A stretch of 55,087 nt of DNA, counting the filler, from Sphacelaria rigidula (taxonomy: Eukaryota), in assembly GCA_964200075.2 (NCBI GenBank). It is 5 parts of 5 records of this genome, joined end to end, with 100 filler letters (N's around TTAATTAATTAA, not from the genome) between each part and the next. Parts side by side here need not be neighbours in the genome. Positions count along the whole stretch, not along the records: positions 44,155 to 55,087 come from CAXNAA020005654.1; 4 more parts are not named here. One strand, given 5' to 3'. Every line of letters starts with the position of its first letter. Within the stretch, counting starts at the first letter, position 1. Shown in pieces: positions 50,950 to 55,087 of this stretch. A program made the position numbers and the translations under genes. The notes below the pieces were generated by a model. It saw only the letters and a list, made by a program, of their open reading frames with translations, was not told the DNA's origin and searched no databases.

Positions 50950-52539
50950 GTTCACCGTCGTTGTTGATCGCACAGGAGAATTGCTTCCATCGGCTGATGT
51001 CCCTCTTCCCACCGCCGAACTCCGACAGGTATTCATAGCCGCGTGGCTCTTTGTATGATGTTTTCTTTTCTTTTCTTTTTATCCTCGACTAGGCGACACT
51101 TTTATAGATATTTAGGTCGAGATATGTAAAAATAAACCATGAAACCGACTTGTGGGTATGCCCGGTGTCGTACGATCCCCCGCTGATACGTTAGAGAGCC
51201 CTCAGCACTCGACTCCACGTTCTCCATGGTGTGGTCGAGGTATGCGCGTTCACGCCTAGAAGGTATTCACGATGAAAAAAGGAACACATAGAGGGTGGGA
51301 AGGGCAAGCGAGATTGGCGCCGATGTTGATAATGTATTTGTGCGTTGATCCTCAGTTGTATTTCTTGCATCGCTGTCTTGTTAGCGAGGCTGTCGCCATT
51401 TAACATTTCACCGGTCCTCGAGCGTTCACGGACAATGTTTTTGAGACTGTATGTGTACCGTGGTCGCGCATAAGAGCTTTATGCCGATTAGATCACACCA
51501 TGTGATTGCGACAACTTGCATGGTGCGACTTCTCTTGTGGGAACTTGCCAAATATCTTGTGGGAACCCGAGCAGGTGCAGAGGTACTGGTGGCGTGTGTC
51601 GTAGGGCACGAAAAGGGTATTCAGTTTTTAATCGTCCGAAAGACCACCAGAAGTACGGCATTTACTGCACCACGTAGTAAACCGACCTCTCCGTCTTCAT
51701 CCTCGACCTTCTTCACACTGTTTGCTGCACATTTTCTGATGTCGTAAACTCTGCGAGCATTAACGGGGTTATCGCCGCAGCAACGCCGTCGTACATGTAC
51801 AATGCGCGAGATTGCTCTTCACCCAAGCGACAGGGATCGGTGTTTCGACACCGTGATCGTGATCACGGTGCAGACAGCGATAGCGCAGCCACTACTGCAT
51901 GCATTACGGTGTATCGGCGCTATCTGCAACTGGGATTTGAATGTACATTGAAATCGGTGCCGGTCGGCGCACGGCCTGCGTGTAACTGTCGACCTTCTAC
52001 CAACTGTTTTTTGTCAACACTACATTCTCAAGACAGAGCAAGCAGCACGGGCTACGAGCAAGCAATATTTTCGACCGAACCGGAGTGTCGCTGTTTTTTT
52101 CGTTCCAATCAGCAAGGGTTTCCGTAGGTGTTTACGCTCATTGGCGTTGTATGCTCTCACCATCGTGCCTCAAGCCCAGGGCGAACGGTGCGCTCAAACG
52201 TCTATCGGTCCCCCTCGGACGCTGTGCGGAGGAAGGTTATCAACTGGTCATGTATTTCCGTAGCCTGCCAGACACACGGTAGACACAGTACGGAAGCATA
52301 AGGGGCAACATTAGAGTGAACGTCCTTGTTACAGAACAGTACCATTTAAGGGACCCTCTTTTTTCATCGTCCATAACTCCGCGAAGTATTGATCATTTTC
52401 CATTCTGTTTTTCGCTGCGTGTGCACCATAGCACGGCGCTTCTCTTGAGCTACTGCACGTGCCTTTTGCCTCAGCACTGCGAATAAGCGCGTGTATGTAT
52501 TTTTCCAAAATCAGCTTTTTGGTCGATCGGCTGCTACGC

Positions 52540-53056
52540 ATGCAAAAGAGTAAGAGTGGACCCAGACCGTGCAGCAGGCGCCGTAGAAGCGGCACGCAGA
52601 GGTCGCATGACCTTCCATACTGCTACAAAGATCTTCGACATCTCCGTTGGTTCGCTGCAGGAGCGTGTCAGTGGTAGCGTGGGCATAGCTGGCAGGGTTG
52701 GTCCGGGTACTGTACTATCGACGGAGGAAGAAAATTCCATCGAAGATACGCTGAAGTTTGCCGCAGCTCGTCAACGGGCCTGAATAGAGATGACCTGAAA
52801 CAGCCGGTTATGGCACTCTGCAGCGACAACCGACCGGTGCCATAAGACCCGACAGTAGGCTCAGGTCGAAAATGGCTCGGCTTGTTCCTTCGGAGGCACC
52901 CGTGGCTAGGTGAGCGCAGCAATCGCATCTACAAGGCCGACAGGGTGGTGCGGCCGACGAAGAAGATGGCATGCTGGAGTTTTATGCGGCCTGTGACGAC
53001 TACGTTGACAAGGAGAAGCCAGCAACCGCCCACAGATGGAACACTGACGAGACAGG
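52540..53056 (+). pseudogene. pogo/Fot1-type transposase 5' fragment (psq-type HTH, CENP-B-type HTH, first catalytic Asp motif)
   Basis: AVEAARRGRMTFHTATKIFDISVGSLQERVSG, GPGTVLSTEEENSIEDTL, GRKWLGLFLRRHPWL and WNTDETG, interrupted by frameshifts and a stop. Confidence 0.88.
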
Positions 53057-53529
53057 TGATTTACAGTCTGTCAAGAGTCGTTCCGTTTAGGTGATACAAC
53101 GCATGTGTCTAGAGCTAGAGCCAGAGGCTGCTGCTGTGAAGTGGTGTATATCTGCTCTCAACTATGCTGCGTTTGAAACGGTATTATTTTCACCGCATTC
53201 TTCGCCGAAAAAGCTCTTGGCGCTTGCCTGATCATTACTGTCTCGGCGTATTCTGTTTGTTGCACTTACTCTTTATAGAGGTACTGCCTACACTGTCTGC
53301 AGAGGTGCTGCAAGTACAGTGGTTAGAGGTGGTGCCAGTACTGTGCGTAACACCCGATACTCGACGTACTACTCTGTACCCCCCCTACACCCGCCACTCG
53401 TGGATATCCTTGCCGTAGGTGTTACTCCGCAAAGGACCAGGGCGTGGAAGGTCATCGCCGAAAAAGATTGGGCGAAGTTTTCGCTGCTTGGTTTGCTCTA
53501 TTTCGTCTCGCTGCGGTCTGCGAGTGGCG

Positions 53530-54610
53530 TCTGCCGTTCTCGTAGTCATTGTCGATTTTGATGAAATTTTGTTTGGGGGGGGTGGAGGAGGGGAGGCGGG
53601 GAGGCAGCCAACGTGTTTCATTGAAACTCGGTCACATCCGTCGAACATCAACTTTTGAAAAAATTATGTCGAAACTAATTCCAATTGGTTGGATAGCTCT
53701 GAACAAGCAGAAAGCATAGAGTTCTACGAACGTGTTCGTCGAGTTCGGCGTTGCCGAACACGAAGAAGAATGCTCAAATTTGTTCTGAAAATCCGGGGAC
53801 AGGGCAATTTTATCCCCGAATTGACTCTTTTTCCTCTTTGGTACCGGAAAGTGATGCATTGTGATGAATTGTGATGCGTAAAGGTTTGTGGCAAAGGAAA
53901 ATATCTGGAACGTCCTAGATCTAGGTGTTCCATTTTCGTAGTCATTGTTGATTTGTGGTGATTAGGGGGCATCACTCAATGTGCGTCATACTACCTTAAT
54001 CGTAACTCATCAACGCCAAATTTTGGGAGATCACTGTCAAAACGTATTTCGATGGGTTAATGAAGGATAAAAAAAAAAACCGCTTTCGTCGAGTACGGTG
54101 TTGCCAAACACAGACTGCATGGCCAAATTTCTTCCGAAAACTAGGAGATAGGCGACTGTCATCCCCACATTATTGTTATTTTGAAAAACGGACCACACTA
54201 GTATCATAAAATTTGACACTAAAGGAGGATATCTGAAATGTCCCAGGTGTTCCGTTTTCGTAGTCAAAATCGATTTCTGGTGAAAGATGAGTGATTAGGG
54301 GGCATCACTCAACGTGCGTCATAGAGTACCTCAATCGTAACCCATGAACACCAAACTTTGAGAGATTACTATCAAAACGTATTTCAATGGCTTGAAGAAG
54401 AAGAAGAAGAGGGAAAAAATAGCTTCGTCGAGTACGGCGTTGCCAAAAACCGATCTCATGGTGAAGTTTGTTCCGAAAACCAGGGGATGGACGAGTTTCA
54501 TCCCCTCATGAGATTTTTCTTCTCCTTTTCTTCTTCAAAATGGACCGCAGTAATCTCAAGAACATTTATTTGTACCAAAGGAGAAGATCTGAGACGTCTA
54601 AGGTCGCGAG
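53530..54610 (+). repeat. Diverged tandem repeat, ~320-400-bp units (about three copies)
   Basis: TTCGTCGAGT(T/A)CGG(C/T)GTTGCC near 53736, 54085 and 54425. TCGTAGTCA near 53540, 53935 and 54258. GTGATTAGGGGGCATCACTCAA occurs twice. Confidence 0.8.
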
Positions 54611-55087
54611 AAATCAACTGCTGCGTAAAGTGTACCGTAATTGAAACAGAGGGTGTTTTGGCCGCATTTTTTACGTCAATAGAGCCATACTCGACATCTA
54701 CTCCTGCAACTTGGTTTGGTTATTTTTCAATTTTGAAAAGCTTGGGTGATAGAGGATTAAATTGTCTCTCTCCGAATACTCTGAAAATTGTTTCACGTGT
54801 CGTGGTTCCCACGAACCAGCGTTTTCCCCGTCAGGTGCCTTGAGCGTACCTTAATTGGGACATTCAACTCTAGGTAGTACGCACAATCAAAAGGTTGTTT
54901 CGAGGTGTCGCTATTGCACCCTTTGTCGTTTTATCGGCAGGTACACAGAAGTTCCGGGGAAGAACTGCAGGGGGCATTCACACGTTCTGTAACTCGATAG
55001 GACACTTTCCACGATAGCCTCCCCCCAAAACCAGCCCAAAAGTGACACGAAAAACATGGCCATACAGCGCCTGATGTTCGGGTTCAG

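Overview
Intron-rich, transposon-dense eukaryotic DNA. The gene and repeat content points to a brown alga (Phaeophyceae); this is an inference. The window is not one locus: it is five blocks of about 10.9 kb (1-10942, 11043-21982, 22083-33021, 33122-44054, 44155-55087) in descending length order, joined by an artificial 100-nt N44-TTAATTAATTAA-N44 linker, so adjacency across linkers has no biological meaning. Three partial spliced genes can be reconstructed: a ROCO GTPase (ROC-COR exons, minus strand), a PRL/PTP4A-type phosphatase and a METTL13-like methyltransferase. The rest is mostly decayed LINEs, the 3' half of a Ty1/copia element, pogo-type transposase relics, TIR/foldback MITEs and tandem repeats. 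The most unusual signals are: (i) tandem PAM2-like (PABP-binding) motifs in front of the endonuclease of an RTE-like LINE; (ii) a non-autonomous pogo-like element whose internal deletion leaves an open PHD-like finger plus PIP-box-like mini-protein, inside a fully resolvable nested-insertion stack; (iii) an old ~1.1-kb repeat whose three copies each keep a homologous ORF with frame-preserving indels; (iv) a ~400-bp near-perfect palindrome.
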